A stretch of DNA of 64,000 nucleotides, taken from Candidatus Accumulibacter propinquus. GTDB lineage: Bacteria; Pseudomonadota; Gammaproteobacteria; Burkholderiales; Rhodocyclaceae. The stretch is from positions 11,304-75,303 of the forward strand of contig JADKBU010000012.1 of the NCBI GenBank assembly GCA_016714935.1, given 5' to 3'. The stretch's first letter is position 1; each line of letters opens with the position of its first letter. The notes beneath the pieces are model-generated. The model was not told where the DNA came from and ran no database searches. It worked only from the letters and a program-made list of their open reading frames with translations. Of the stretch, positions 29,087 to 39,230 are shown in pieces. Both the position numbers and the translations under genes were made by a program.

Positions 29087-30106
29087 TCAGATCAGGCGCC
29101 GCCGTGACAGCTCGTCCTTGAGCCAGGCGTAACAAATCGGCGCCGCGACCAGACCGGCAAGGCCAAACGTGCTCTCCATGAGCAGCATGGCGGTCAGCAA
29201 TTCCCAGGCCTTGGCTCTGATCTGGGCGCCGACGATGCGTGCGTTCAGGAAATACTCCAGCTTGTGAATCCCGACAAGAAATGCCAGCGAGGAAAGCGCC
29301 ACGCCCGGCGAATGCGCCAGACTGACCACGAAGATCACCGTATTGGAAATCAGATTGCCAACCACCGGCAGCAAGCCGGCGATGAAGGTCACGACGATCA
29401 TCGTCTTGGTCAGCGGCAGGTGAACGCCGAACACCGGCAGCACCATACCCAGGTACAAGGTAGTGAACAGGGTATTCAGCGCGGAGATCCGGACCTGGGC
29501 GAAGACCACGCGCCGGAAGGCTTCGCCCAGGCGAAAGACACGCTCTGCCAGCGCGCGCGCCAGTGGCCCCATGTGCTCGTTGTGACTGGCCTCGCGCAGC
29601 GACACCATGCCGCCGATGATCATGCCGATCAGGACGTGTGCGACCACGTGGCCGGTCTCCTTGCCAAGCATCTGCAACTCGGCCGAATGTTCCCGTAGCC
29701 AGTGGCTGGCGTGTTCGCGCAGGGCCTCGCTGTCCCGCGGGAGCAGGTCGCCTAGCCAGCCGGGCAACGTCGCGCGCGAGGTTTCGATGATCTCGGCCAT
29801 CTTTGCCAGCAACGCGGCGATGCTGCCACCCTCGCTGTTCATGAAATACACCAGCCCAAGCACCACCGCGGCGACCGCTCCCAGCACGACCAACACGACC
29901 AGGCTCACGGCCAGTGCCCTGGAGCGGCTGTTCGACAGGTGCCGGGCAAAGAAGGGCGCCAGCACATGTACGAGCTCATAGACCAACAGTCCGGCAATCA
30001 GCGCCGGCAGGAGATGCACCAGAAGTACCATCAGCATCGCCAGCAGGGCAAGGACCCAGGAGGCATGTTCGATGGCCGTGACTCTGACAGGAGAGCTGTT
30101 GCTCAA
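29087..30106 (-). CDS. AI-2E family transporter (PerM/YhhT-like permease)
   Basis: 339 aa, polytopic. The C-terminal part, ..[23 protein letters not shown]...[20 protein letters not shown], is typical of the UPF0118/AI-2E family. Confidence 0.8.
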   Translation of the reverse strand: MSNSSPVRVTAIEHASWVLALLAMLMVLLVHLLPALIAGLLVYELVHVLAPFFARHLSNSRSRALAVSLVVLVVLGAVAAVVLGLVYFMNSEGGSIAALLAKMAEIIETSRATLPGWLGDLLPRDSEALREHASHWLREHSAELQMLGKETGHVVAHVLIGMIIGGMVSLREASHNEHMGPLARALAERVFRLGEAFRRVVFAQVRISALNTLFTTLYLGMVLPVFGVHLPLTKTMIVVTFIAGLLPVVGNLISNTVIFVVSLAHSPGVALSSLAFLVGIHKLEYFLNARIVGAQIRAKAWELLTAMLLMESTFGLAGLVAAPICYAWLKDELSRRRLI

Positions 30107-30110
30107 GTTT

Positions 30111-31436
30111 CTACTCGCTTTCAGGGTGGTCAGAGAATGCGTTGACGTTGCCGCCCGCGGTGTGCAGCCAGTTCAGGACGCCGTGACCGGCGGCGAAACC
30201 GCTGGCCAGGCAAGCGGTCAGCAGATAGCCCCCGGTCGGTGCCTCCCAGTCGAGCATTTCGCCCGCGCAGAACACTCCAGGAAAAGCGCGCAGCATCAGT
30301 TGCCCGTCAAGGCCCTCGAAGCAAACGCCGCCGGCGGTGCTGATCGCTTCGTCAAGCGGTCGCGGTGCAGACAGGACGATCGGCAGGCACTTGATCGCCG
30401 CGCCGAGCAGAGCAGCATTGGCGAAGGCTGCGGGCGAGACCAGCTCACGCAGCAGGCCAACCTTCGCGCCCTTGAGTTGGAGACGGCTCTGCAGATGACT
30501 GGCCAGCGAACGTGCGCCACGCGGTCGCGCCAATTCGCCGACCACTCGCTCCAGCGCGTGCTCCGGCAGCAGATCGAGACGCAGCGTAGCCGACCCGCAG
30601 GCTTCGATGGTGTCGCGCAGGATCGCGGACAGCGTATAGATCAAGCCGCCTTCGAGCCCGGTTGCGGTAAGCATGAACTCGCCGCGGCGGCGATGTTCGG
30701 CGCCATTCAGGTCGATCACTGTGGCAACCACGGACTTGATCGGTTGACCCGCGAAACGCTCGCGAAAATGCGCGCTCCAGCCCACGTCAAAGCCGCAGTT
30801 TGCCGGCCGAAATGGCGCCAGCGCCACTCCGGCCGCATGCAGGACGTCGAACCAACGCCCATCCGACCCCAGCCTTGCCCAGCTGGCGCCGCCCAGGGCG
30901 AGCACCACCGCGTCGGCTTTGCGCTCCTCCCTCCCTTCCGGCGTCGCGTAGCACAGCCGGTAACCCTGGCCGCTCGCGTGCGCCCAACCACACCAGCGGC
31001 GACGCATGTGAAAGCGCACCCCTCCTGCTCGCAGCCGCTGCAGCCAGGCGCGCAGCAGTGGAGCAGCCTTCATGCCGGTCGGGAAGACGCGTCCGGAACT
31101 GCCGATAAACGTGCCGATACCGAGGCCGTATGCCCATTCGCGCAACTCCGCCGGCCCGAAGGCATCGAGCAAAGGAGTGAGTTCTCGTTCACGCTCACCA
31201 TACCGTCTCCGGAATGCTGCGGCGGGCTCGGCGTGGGTGAGGTTCAGTCCGCCCCTGCCGGCCAGCAGCAACTTGCGGCCGACTGACGGCATCGCGTCGT
31301 AGACCTCGGCCTGCACGCCGCCCCGGTTGATGACCTCAGCCGCCATCAGCCCGGCAGGCCCGCCACCGACGACCGCCACCACCCGCGCGACCGCGGCGGT
31401 ACCGGGCTGGTCGATGTTCAGGCGACGACCAGGCAC
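30111..31436 (-). CDS. HI0933/BaiN-like flavoprotein (TIGR03862-type NAD(P)/FAD-dependent oxidoreductase)
   Basis: Dinucleotide motif VAVVGGGPAGLMAAE, then GRKLLLAGRGGLNLTH and C-terminal GVFCAGEMLDWEAPTGGYLLTAC. GTG 31436 overlaps the murI end by 19 nt. GTG 31382 or 31379 are alternative starts. Confidence 0.8.
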   Translation of the reverse strand: MPGRRLNIDQPGTAAVARVVAVVGGGPAGLMAAEVINRGGVQAEVYDAMPSVGRKLLLAGRGGLNLTHAEPAAAFRRRYGERERELTPLLDAFGPAELREWAYGLGIGTFIGSSGRVFPTGMKAAPLLRAWLQRLRAGGVRFHMRRRWCGWAHASGQGYRLCYATPEGREERKADAVVLALGGASWARLGSDGRWFDVLHAAGVALAPFRPANCGFDVGWSAHFRERFAGQPIKSVVATVIDLNGAEHRRRGEFMLTATGLEGGLIYTLSAILRDTIEACGSATLRLDLLPEHALERVVGELARPRGARSLASHLQSRLQLKGAKVGLLRELVSPAAFANAALLGAAIKCLPIVLSAPRPLDEAISTAGGVCFEGLDGQLMLRAFPGVFCAGEMLDWEAPTGGYLLTACLASGFAAGHGVLNWLHTAGGNVNAFSDHPESE

Positions 31437-32203
31437 GGCGCGCTGCTCAGGCGAGTGCCCAGCCAGGTCAGTCCGAGCGCGGGCAGCGCGGCTTGCAGCC
31501 GGGCCGGATCGGCAGTTGCCAGCAGCGACAGCTCACTCCTGCCCTGGGCCGCTTCTCCCGCGAGCCGAACGCACTGGCGTGCGACGGCATCGGCAACATC
31601 CACCAGCGCCGCCTGCGAACCGACGATCGGTTCCAGCACGGGGCAGAGAAAAGCATAGTGGGTGCAGCCAAGCACGATCTGGTCGACGCCGGCTGCCAGT
31701 AGCGGGGCCAGGTGGCGCCGCGCCTCTTCGACAAAGTCAGGCTCATCCAGGCGCAGGGTCTCGACTCGCGTTGCCCAGCCCGGGCAGGCCTCGATCCTGA
31801 CTTGTACCTCGCCGGCGTGGCGCCGGATGAGCTGCGCCAGACGCCGGCTGCGGGCAGTCGAAGTGGTTGCCAGCACCGCAATCTGGCCACTGCGCGACAT
31901 TGCCGCCGCGGGTTTCACGCCGGGCTCCACTCCGACCACGGCCACATCCGGGAAGGCCTTGCGAAAAGCCGCGACGGCGGCCGCGGTGGCGGTGTTGCAG
32001 GCAACGACGATGACCCCACAGCCCCGCTCGACCAGATGCCTGCCAATCCGCAGAACCCTGCGACGAATGTAGGCGTCGTCCTTGTCGCCATAGGGAAGGT
32101 GCGCGGTGTCGGCAAGGTAAATCAGGTCGGCGCGCGGCAAGGCACGCGCGATGGCTGCCAACACCGAGAGCCCGCCGATACCGCTGTCAAATACGCCGAT
32201 CAT
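31418..32203 (-). CDS. murI: Glutamate racemase
   Basis: Start at ATG 32203 (MIGVFDSGIGGLSVLAAI...VVACNTATA...LGCTHYAFL), 261 aa. Confidence 0.93.
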   Translation of the reverse strand: MIGVFDSGIGGLSVLAAIARALPRADLIYLADTAHLPYGDKDDAYIRRRVLRIGRHLVERGCGVIVVACNTATAAAVAAFRKAFPDVAVVGVEPGVKPAAAMSRSGQIAVLATTSTARSRRLAQLIRRHAGEVQVRIEACPGWATRVETLRLDEPDFVEEARRHLAPLLAAGVDQIVLGCTHYAFLCPVLEPIVGSQAALVDVADAVARQCVRLAGEAAQGRSELSLLATADPARLQAALPALGLTWLGTRLSSAPCLVVA

Positions 32204-32347
32204 CCCGCATACCACGGTGGCGTGCGTGTCGCGTCCTCCGCACTCTCGCTCCGGAGCAACGCCGCCCTCGCGCCGCCGTAGAGCGGCACCCGCCATGCGT
32301 GTTGCAGCCGACGGAGCAGATGTTCAGACAAGCGCCTGGCCAGCCTG

Positions 32348-32692
32348 CTAGCGTGCCGCAACGACCGCGATTTCTATCAGGTAGTCGCAATTGCTCAGTT
32401 TCGCTTCGACGCAGACACGGGCCGGCGCGGTCCCGCGCGGGACCCATCGGTCCCAGACCGCGTTCACCGCAATCATGTCGTCGATATCGCGAAGGTAGAT
32501 GGTGACCATCAGCAGCCGAGTCTTGTCGCTGCCGGCACATTCCAGCAGCTTTTCGACGCCGGCAAGGACCTCGAGTGTCTGTGTGGCGACGTTGGCATCA
32601 AGCGTCTGCGGCGTCTCGACGAGATAGATCGTGTTCCCATACGCGCAAATGTCCGAATACCGTTGCGTCGTGCCGTGCCGCTCTATCGCCAT
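32348..32692 (-). CDS. RidA/YjgF/TdcF family protein (enamine/imine deaminase-like)
   Basis: Start at ATG 32692 (MAIERHGTTQRYSDICAYGNTIYLV...DKTRLLMVTIYLRDIDDMIAVNAVWDRWV..APARVCVEAKL), 114 aa. Confidence 0.8.
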   Translation of the reverse strand: MAIERHGTTQRYSDICAYGNTIYLVETPQTLDANVATQTLEVLAGVEKLLECAGSDKTRLLMVTIYLRDIDDMIAVNAVWDRWVPRGTAPARVCVEAKLSNCDYLIEIAVVAAR

Positions 32693-32760
32693 ACGAACTT
32701 TCTCCAACGAAGACGAAGCCGGCGCGGGGCCGGTTGGGCGCCTGCGAAGCACGGGGCTCT

Positions 32761-34281
32761 TCAGGCGATGGCCACCGGGATCTTGCCGATCCTGGCCTGC
32801 CATTCCTTCGGCCCGGTGGTGTGAACCGAAGTGCCGGTGGAATCCACCGCTACGGTCACCGGCATGTCCCGGACGTCGAACTCGTAGATCGCTTCCATGC
32901 CGAGATCGGCGAAACCGACCACCCGCGCCGTCTGGATGGCCTTGGCGACGAGATAAGCCGCACCGCCAACGGCCATCAGGTACGCCGACCGGTGTCTTCT
33001 GATCGCCTCGATCGCTGTCGGCCCGCGTTCAGCCTTGCCGACCATCGAAATCAGCCCCGTCTCGGCAAGCATCATCTCCGTGAACTTGTCCATGCGGGTC
33101 GCGGTGGTCGGTCCGGCGGGTCCAACCGCTTCGTCGCGAACCGGGTCAACCGGACCCACGTAATAAATGACCCGGTTGGTGAAGTCGACTGGCAGCTTCT
33201 CGCCGTTGGCGAGCATGTCCTGGATGCGCTTGTGGGCCGCATCGCGACCGGTCAGCATCTTGCCGTTGAGAAGCAGCGTCTGGCCCGGTTTCCAGGCCGC
33301 GACTTCCGCTGCAGTCAGCGTGTCCAGGTTCACGCGCGTCGAGGTTTCGGTGTTGGGCGTCCAGTTGACCTTGGGCCAGTCATTCAGGTCGGGAGGGGTC
33401 AGCACCGCCGGCCCTGAACCGTCGAGGTGAAAGTGTGCGTGCCGTGTCGCCGCACAGTTCGGGATCATCGCCACCGGCAGGCTCGCCGCATGCGTCGGGT
33501 AGTCGAGAATCTTGACGTCGAGCACTGTCGTCAGGCCACCCAGGCCCTGCGCACCGATACCGAGGGCGTTGACTTTCTCATAGAGTTCAAGGCGAAGCTC
33601 CTCGACGCGATTTTTCGGGCCGCGCGCGATCAATTCATGGATGTCTACCGGCGCCATCAGCGACTCCTTGGCCAGCAGCATCGCCTTTTCCGGAGTGCCG
33701 CCGATGCCGATGCCGAGGATCCCCGGTGGGCACCAGCCGGCACCCATGGTCGGCACTGTCTTCAGCACCCAATCGACGATCGAGTCCGAGGGATTGAGCG
33801 CATAGAACTTGGACTTGTTTTCCGAACCGCCACCCTTCGCTGCGCAGATCACTTCGAGGTGGTGACCCGGGACGATCTCGTAATGCACCACCGCGGGGGT
33901 GTTGTCGCGCGAGTTGCGGCGTGCGCCGGCCGGGTCCAGCAACACCGACGCACGCAGCTTGTTGTCCGGGTTGTTGTAGGCGCGCCGGACACCTTCGTCA
34001 CACATTTCCTGGACCGACAGGCCGGCCTCCCAATGGACGTCCATGCCGACCTTGAGAAAGATCACCGCGATACCCGTGTCCTGGCAGATCGGACGGTGGC
34101 CCTCCGCACACATGCGACTGTTGGTCAGGATCTGGGCAATGGCATCCCTGGCCGCCGGGCTCTGTTCGCGTTCGTAGGCGGCGCCGAGCGCCAGGATGTA
34201 ATCGAGCGGATGGTAGTAGCTGATGTACTGGAACGCGTCGGCAACGCTCTGGATGAAGTCTTCCTGCTTGATAGTCGTCAT
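32761..34281 (-). CDS. fumA: Class I (Fe-S) fumarate hydratase
   Basis: 506 aa, ..CQDTGIAVIFLKVG...AAKGGGSENKS...GWCPPGILGIGIGG...GPAGPTTATRMD...MVGKAERG. Fused alpha/beta-type class I fumarase. Confidence 0.93.
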   Translation of the reverse strand: MTTIKQEDFIQSVADAFQYISYYHPLDYILALGAAYEREQSPAARDAIAQILTNSRMCAEGHRPICQDTGIAVIFLKVGMDVHWEAGLSVQEMCDEGVRRAYNNPDNKLRASVLLDPAGARRNSRDNTPAVVHYEIVPGHHLEVICAAKGGGSENKSKFYALNPSDSIVDWVLKTVPTMGAGWCPPGILGIGIGGTPEKAMLLAKESLMAPVDIHELIARGPKNRVEELRLELYEKVNALGIGAQGLGGLTTVLDVKILDYPTHAASLPVAMIPNCAATRHAHFHLDGSGPAVLTPPDLNDWPKVNWTPNTETSTRVNLDTLTAAEVAAWKPGQTLLLNGKMLTGRDAAHKRIQDMLANGEKLPVDFTNRVIYYVGPVDPVRDEAVGPAGPTTATRMDKFTEMMLAETGLISMVGKAERGPTAIEAIRRHRSAYLMAVGGAAYLVAKAIQTARVVGFADLGMEAIYEFDVRDMPVTVAVDSTGTSVHTTGPKEWQARIGKIPVAIA

Positions 34282-34329
34282 TTCAGGCTCTCTCGTTGGT
34301 GGCGGCGAGGCATCGCCGCGGGTGTCGGT

Positions 34330-34887
34330 TCAATGCGGCGCAGCGTGCTGTGCCTTGCTCAGCGCCAGCGTCTGGGTCATGACCCGGTCCACCCAGACCA
34401 TCGCCAGTGCCGAGCAAAGAAAAAGCGCATGGATGATGACCTGCCACATGATCGTGTGCTCCGCCATGTTGGCCGCATTGATGAAGGTCTTCAGCAGGTG
34501 GATCGAAGAGATGCCGATGATCGCCGTCGACAGCTTGATCTTGAGGACTCCGGCATTGACGTGCGAGAGCCATTCGGGTTGATCGGGGTGCCCTTCGAGA
34601 TCGAGCCTGGAGACGAAGGTCTCGTAGCCGCCAATGATCACCATGATCAGCAGGTTGGCAATCATCACCACGTCGATCAGCCCGAGAACCACCAGCATCA
34701 CCTCGGTTTCGCTGATGCGCGTGCTGCTGAAGAAAAGGTTTTGAATCAGGTGCGACAGTTCAAGCATGAACAGGTAGACATAGACGCCCTGGGCAATGAT
34801 CAGGCCAAGGTAGAGCGGTGCCTGTAGCCAGCGGCTCCAGAAGATGAACATCTCGAGTTTGTCAACCGTCGGTTTCATTGAGGCCAT
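34330..34887 (-). CDS. yqhA: YqhA family membrane protein (UPF0114)
   Basis: 185 aa, ..[34 protein letters not shown]...[24 protein letters not shown]. Typical UPF0114. Confidence 0.8.
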   Translation of the reverse strand: MASMKPTVDKLEMFIFWSRWLQAPLYLGLIIAQGVYVYLFMLELSHLIQNLFFSSTRISETEVMLVVLGLIDVVMIANLLIMVIIGGYETFVSRLDLEGHPDQPEWLSHVNAGVLKIKLSTAIIGISSIHLLKTFINAANMAEHTIMWQVIIHALFLCSALAMVWVDRVMTQTLALSKAQHAAPH

Positions 34888-35106
34888 TGGTTTTCAGTGC
34901 GGAATGATCCAAAAACACGATTCTAGCATCAATAAAAGGCGTCTTTTGGTTGTGCTGCAAGGCCCTGGCGTAAGTGGCCTGTAAGATTGGCGGCGTTTAA
35001 TCTGAAGCGATTGGCGAGTCACACGGCCGGGTGAGCAGCGTATGATCTGCCTTCCGCTACGCGGGGGTTGCGAAGCATGGGTTCTTTTCGCGACTTGCTG
35101 CATCGA

Positions 35107-35116
35107 ATTCTAGAAT
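35107..35116. promoter_or_regulatory. Palindrome ATTCTAGAAT ~30 nt upstream of the acs start (candidate operator); a related GATTCTAG lies at 34918-34925
   Basis: Read directly in the AT-enriched yqhA/acs divergent intergenic region (34888-35145). The half-site is shared with the argD-upstream inverted repeat. Confidence 0.25.
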
Positions 35117-35145
35117 CCTCCACCAAAACCAACAGGAGATGGGAC

Positions 35146-37113
35146 ATGTCACTGAACGAGGCCGTAAATTTTTTTGAGCCTTCTGCCGAATTCGTCAAGC
35201 AGGCCACGATTTCGGGCATGGATGCGTACAGGGCGCTGTGCGCCGAGGCGGAAAAGGATTACACCGGTTACTGGGCCCGGCTGGCGCGCGAGCACGTGTC
35301 CTGGAAGACACCGTTCACGCAGGTACTCGACGAATCCAACGCACCCTTCTTCAAATGGTTCGCGGACGGCACGCTGAACGTCTCATACAACTGTCTGGAT
35401 CGTAACGTCGAGGCCGGTCTCGGCGACAAGGTGGCCATCGTTTTTGAAGCCGACGACGGCGAGGTCAAGAAAGTTACCTACAAGGAACTGCTGTCGCGGG
35501 TAAGCCAGTTTGCCAATGGCCTGCGGGCACGTGGCATCAAGAAGGGCGACCGGGTGGTGATCTACATGTCGATGGGCGTCGAGGGCATCATCGCGATGCA
35601 GGCCTGCGCGCGCATCGGTGCCATCCACTCGGTGGTGTTTGGCGGCTTCTCGGCCCAGTCGGTACGTGACCGGGTCAATGACGCGGGGGCCGTGGCGGTG
35701 ATTACCGCCGACGAGCAATGCCGTGGCGGCAAGAAGATTCCGCTCAAGCCGGCCGTCGATGATGGCATCGCGCTGGGCGGCTGCGAGTCGGTCAAGACCG
35801 TGATCGTTTTCCAGCGCACGGGTGGTGCCTGCCACATGGTCCCCGGGCGCGACGTCTGGTGGCACGACGTGATCGCCGGGCAGTCCGACGTCTGCGAACC
35901 GGAGTGGGTCGGTGCCGAGCACCCCTTGTTCCTGCTCTACACCTCTGGCTCGACGGGCAAGCCGAAGGGTGTGCAACACTCGACGGGCGGCTACCTGTTG
36001 CACGCCATTGTGACCATGAAGTGGACTTTCGACCTCAAGCCGGACGACCTTTTCTGGTGCACCGCCGATATCGGCTGGGTTACCGGCCACACCTACATCA
36101 CCTATGGACCACTTGCCTGCGGCGGCACCGAGATGGTCTTCGAAGGCATTCCGACCTATCCGGATGCCGGCCGCTTCTGGAAGATGATCCAGGATCACAA
36201 GGTCACTATCTTCTACACCGCACCGACCGCCATTCGCTCGTTGGTCAAGGCCGCCGATACCAATCCGGCGGTGGCGCCGACCCAGTACGACCTGTCGTCG
36301 CTGCGTCTGCTCGGAACGGTCGGCGAGCCGATCAACCCGGCGGCCTGGCAGTGGTATTACGACAGCGTTGGTGGCAGCCGCTGCCCGATCGTCGATACTT
36401 TCTGGCAGACTGAAACCGGTGGGCACATGATCACGCCGCTGCCGGGCGTAACCCCGTTGGTGCCCGGCTCCTGCACCCTGCCCTTCCCGGGCATCCAGGC
36501 CGCGGTGGTCGACGAAACCGGCACTGAGCTCGATTGGGGCAAGGGCGGCCTGCTGGTCGTCAAGCGACCCTGGCCGGCGATGATTCGCAACATCTGGGGC
36601 GATCCGGAGCGCTTCAAGAAGTCGTACTACCCGGACGATTTCAACGGCAAGCTCTACCTCGCCGGCGACGGCTCGATACGCGATGTCAACACCGGATATT
36701 TCACGATCACCGGTCGTATCGACGATGTGCTGAACGTTTCCGGCCACCGCATGGGGACCATGGAAATCGAGTCGGCCCTGGTGTCCCATCCGATGGTGGC
36801 GGAAGCGGCCGTCGTCGGTCGCCCCGACGATCTGACCGGCGAGGCGATCTGTGCCTTTGTGGTGCTCAAGGGACCGCGGCCGGTCGGCGAAGCAGCCAAG
36901 AAGATGATCAAGGAGTTGCAGGATCACGTCGGGCGTGAGATCGGCCCGATTGCCAAGCCGAAAGATCTGCGCTTCGGCGAGAATCTGCCAAAGACGCGTT
37001 CCGGCAAGATCATGCGTCGCCTCCTGCGCTCGCTGGCCAAAGGGGAAACCGTCGCGCAGGACGTCTCGACGCTCGAAAACCCGGCCATCCTGGAGCAACT
37101 GCGGGGTAGCTGA
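35146..37113 (+). CDS. acs: Acetyl-CoA synthetase (AMP-forming)
   Basis: Start at ATG 35146, preceded by AGGAGA ([31 protein letters not shown]...), 655 aa. It has [11 protein letters not shown] and the C-terminal ..[15 protein letters not shown] motif. Confidence 0.97.
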   Translation: MSLNEAVNFFEPSAEFVKQATISGMDAYRALCAEAEKDYTGYWARLAREHVSWKTPFTQVLDESNAPFFKWFADGTLNVSYNCLDRNVEAGLGDKVAIVFEADDGEVKKVTYKELLSRVSQFANGLRARGIKKGDRVVIYMSMGVEGIIAMQACARIGAIHSVVFGGFSAQSVRDRVNDAGAVAVITADEQCRGGKKIPLKPAVDDGIALGGCESVKTVIVFQRTGGACHMVPGRDVWWHDVIAGQSDVCEPEWVGAEHPLFLLYTSGSTGKPKGVQHSTGGYLLHAIVTMKWTFDLKPDDLFWCTADIGWVTGHTYITYGPLACGGTEMVFEGIPTYPDAGRFWKMIQDHKVTIFYTAPTAIRSLVKAADTNPAVAPTQYDLSSLRLLGTVGEPINPAAWQWYYDSVGGSRCPIVDTFWQTETGGHMITPLPGVTPLVPGSCTLPFPGIQAAVVDETGTELDWGKGGLLVVKRPWPAMIRNIWGDPERFKKSYYPDDFNGKLYLAGDGSIRDVNTGYFTITGRIDDVLNVSGHRMGTMEIESALVSHPMVAEAAVVGRPDDLTGEAICAFVVLKGPRPVGEAAKKMIKELQDHVGREIGPIAKPKDLRFGENLPKTRSGKIMRRLLRSLAKGETVAQDVSTLENPAILEQLRGS

Positions 37114-37257
37114 GCGACGCCCGACTGCCGCCCTGCTGTGCGGGTGCTGCACGGCGGCCGGCTGCTTCGTTCAGGGTAAGTTGACAGGCGTTGTCTGGCG
37201 CACGGTACGCAGGCCCTGACGGCAGGGTTTACCGGGTGGCCAGGCAGGAACTGTCTC

Positions 37258-37292
37258 GCAGGCCGGCGCTATTGGTGCCGGCCTGCCTTTTT
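37258..37292 (+). terminator. Rho-independent terminator-like hairpin
   Basis: GCAGGCCGGC-(9-nt loop)-GCCGGCCTGC, a 10-bp stem, followed by CTTTTTG. It lies 145 nt after the acs stop and 20 nt before the next ATG. Confidence 0.6.
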
Positions 37293-37312
37293 GTGCCGAT
37301 CGAGGAGCAGGC

Positions 37313-39223
37313 ATGAACAACAGTGCGACGGAGATGCTGGTCGCGGCATGCATCGAGTTCCTGCAGGCTTACCCGCCTTTTGATCGGATGGAGGCGGAGG
37401 CGCTGCGCTTTCTTGCCGAGCATGTCCGGCTGGCACACTATCCGAAAGGCGCGCAGATCCTGTCGAGCGAGATGGGGGTGGCGCCAGTCCTTTATATTCT
37501 GCAGCGCGGCAAGGTGCGGGTGAGGGCCAGCGGTGGTGCCGGCAACGTCGAATTCTCGGCGATCACGCTCGGTCCCGGCCAGGCCTTCGCCATCGGTGCG
37601 TTGATGGCGCAACGCCCGACTTCGAGCGCTTACGTGGCGCGCGAGGATGTCTTCTGCTACGAGCTGCCGGCCGACGATTTCTTTGCCCTTACCCAGCAGA
37701 GTACGGTCTTCAGCCTGTTCTGTTCGCAATACATTGCCGGCCTGCTCAAACAGTCGCAACAACAGTTGCAACTCCAGTTTGCGCAGCGCGCCGCCGAACA
37801 GAAAACGATGAATTCGCCGCTGGCGGTGATCGTCAAGCGCGAACCGGTTTCGGTCCCGGCGGAAGCGTCGATTCGCCAGGTGGTCGAACTGATGGCCGAC
37901 CGCCACCTGGGGTCGATGGTGATTGTTGATGCCGGCGAGCAGCCGGTCGGGATCTTTACCCTCTCGGATGTTCTGAAGCGCATCGTGCTCCCCGGCAGGT
38001 CGCTCGATCAGCCAATTTCCTCGGTGATGTCCACGTCGCCGCAGACTCTGCCGTTGGCGGCCAACGCCCACGATGCCGCGCTGGCGATGGCCATGCATGG
38101 CATCCGCCACGTGCTGGCGGTGGATGAGGGCGGACGCCTCAAGGGCGTGGTTTCCGAGCGTGACCTGTTCAAGCTGCAAGGTGCTGGCCTGCGGCAGATC
38201 CGGCATGCGATCGATGCGGCGACCAGCCTTGATGTGCTGCAGCACGCCCGCGAGGATGTCCGGCAATTGTCGCTGACGATGCTCACCGAGGGGGGGGGCG
38301 CGCAGGAGATCACGCAGTTCATCTCGACGCTGAACGACACCGTGACCCGTCGGATCATCGAACTGAATCTCGATCGACACGACCTCTACGGCATCGACTG
38401 GGCATGGCTGTCGTTCGGTTCCGAGGGGCGCGACGAGCAGACCTTTACCACCGACCAGGATAACGGCATCGTCTTCATCTGCACCGACATCATGGATCGC
38501 GAACTGACGCAGTTGCGCTTTCTGGAATTTGCCCGCGATGTCAACGCCGACCTCGATACCTGTGGTTTCCCGCTGTGCAAGGGCAACATCATGGCCAGCA
38601 ACCCGGCCCTGTGCCTGACGCTGGAGGAGTGGGAGGAAAGGTTTGCCCACTGGGTGCGCACGCCGGAACCGCAGGCCCTGCTCAATGCCACGATCTTCTT
38701 CGACTTTCGGCCGCTTTACGGCAGGTTCAATCTGGCTCACCGCATGCGTCTCTCACTGCTCCGGCAGACGCGAGGCAATCCGTTGTTCCTGCGCATGCTG
38801 GCGCAAAACGCCCTCAGCGTATCGCCGCCGCTGGGCCGGATACGTGATTTCGTGACTGGCGCCGACCCCGAGCATCCCGGCACCATTGATCTCAAGAAAT
38901 ACGGGGTGCGCCTGTTCACGGACGCCGCGCGCGTTTTTGCGCTGGCGCACCAGATCGAGGCGACCAACACCGTGAGCCGTCTCAAGCGCGCCAGCGCCCT
39001 GATGAATTTTTCTTCGGATGACCTGGCGGCAAGCCTGGAGGGCTTCAATTTCATCCAGCTCCTGCGCCTGCGGCACCAGCATTTCGAACAGGAACACGGG
39101 CGCCCGGGAGACAATCTGATCCGTCCGGACGAATTGAACGAGATTGAACGGCGCATTCTCAAAGAAGCATTCCGACAGGCGCGCAAATTGCAGGCGCGGC
39201 TGAAACTCGATTATCAGCTCTGA
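37313..39223 (+). CDS. cNMP-binding / tandem-CBS / DUF294 nucleotidyltransferase signalling protein (with DUF294_C substrate-binding domain)
   Basis: 636 aa. It has an N-terminal cyclic-nucleotide-binding-like fold and a CBS pair (..VSVPAEASIRQVVELMADRHLGSMVIVD.. and ..MHGIRHVLAVDEGGRLKGVVSERDL). The GlnD/GlnE-like NTase motif is SFGSEGRDEQTFTTDQDNGIVF. There is a helical C-terminal domain. The RBS GAGGAG precedes the ATG. Confidence 0.85.
   Translation: MNNSATEMLVAACIEFLQAYPPFDRMEAEALRFLAEHVRLAHYPKGAQILSSEMGVAPVLYILQRGKVRVRASGGAGNVEFSAITLGPGQAFAIGALMAQRPTSSAYVAREDVFCYELPADDFFALTQQSTVFSLFCSQYIAGLLKQSQQQLQLQFAQRAAEQKTMNSPLAVIVKREPVSVPAEASIRQVVELMADRHLGSMVIVDAGEQPVGIFTLSDVLKRIVLPGRSLDQPISSVMSTSPQTLPLAANAHDAALAMAMHGIRHVLAVDEGGRLKGVVSERDLFKLQGAGLRQIRHAIDAATSLDVLQHAREDVRQLSLTMLTEGGGAQEITQFISTLNDTVTRRIIELNLDRHDLYGIDWAWLSFGSEGRDEQTFTTDQDNGIVFICTDIMDRELTQLRFLEFARDVNADLDTCGFPLCKGNIMASNPALCLTLEEWEERFAHWVRTPEPQALLNATIFFDFRPLYGRFNLAHRMRLSLLRQTRGNPLFLRMLAQNALSVSPPLGRIRDFVTGADPEHPGTIDLKKYGVRLFTDAARVFALAHQIEATNTVSRLKRASALMNFSSDDLAASLEGFNFIQLLRLRHQHFEQEHGRPGDNLIRPDELNEIERRILKEAFRQARKLQARLKLDYQL
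38290..38298 (+). repeat. G9 homopolymer inside the DUF294 gene (codes EGGG)
   Basis: Counted directly: ga-GGGGGGGGG-cg, in frame as GAG GGG GGG GGC. Confidence 0.9.
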
Positions 39224-39230
39224 TCATCTC

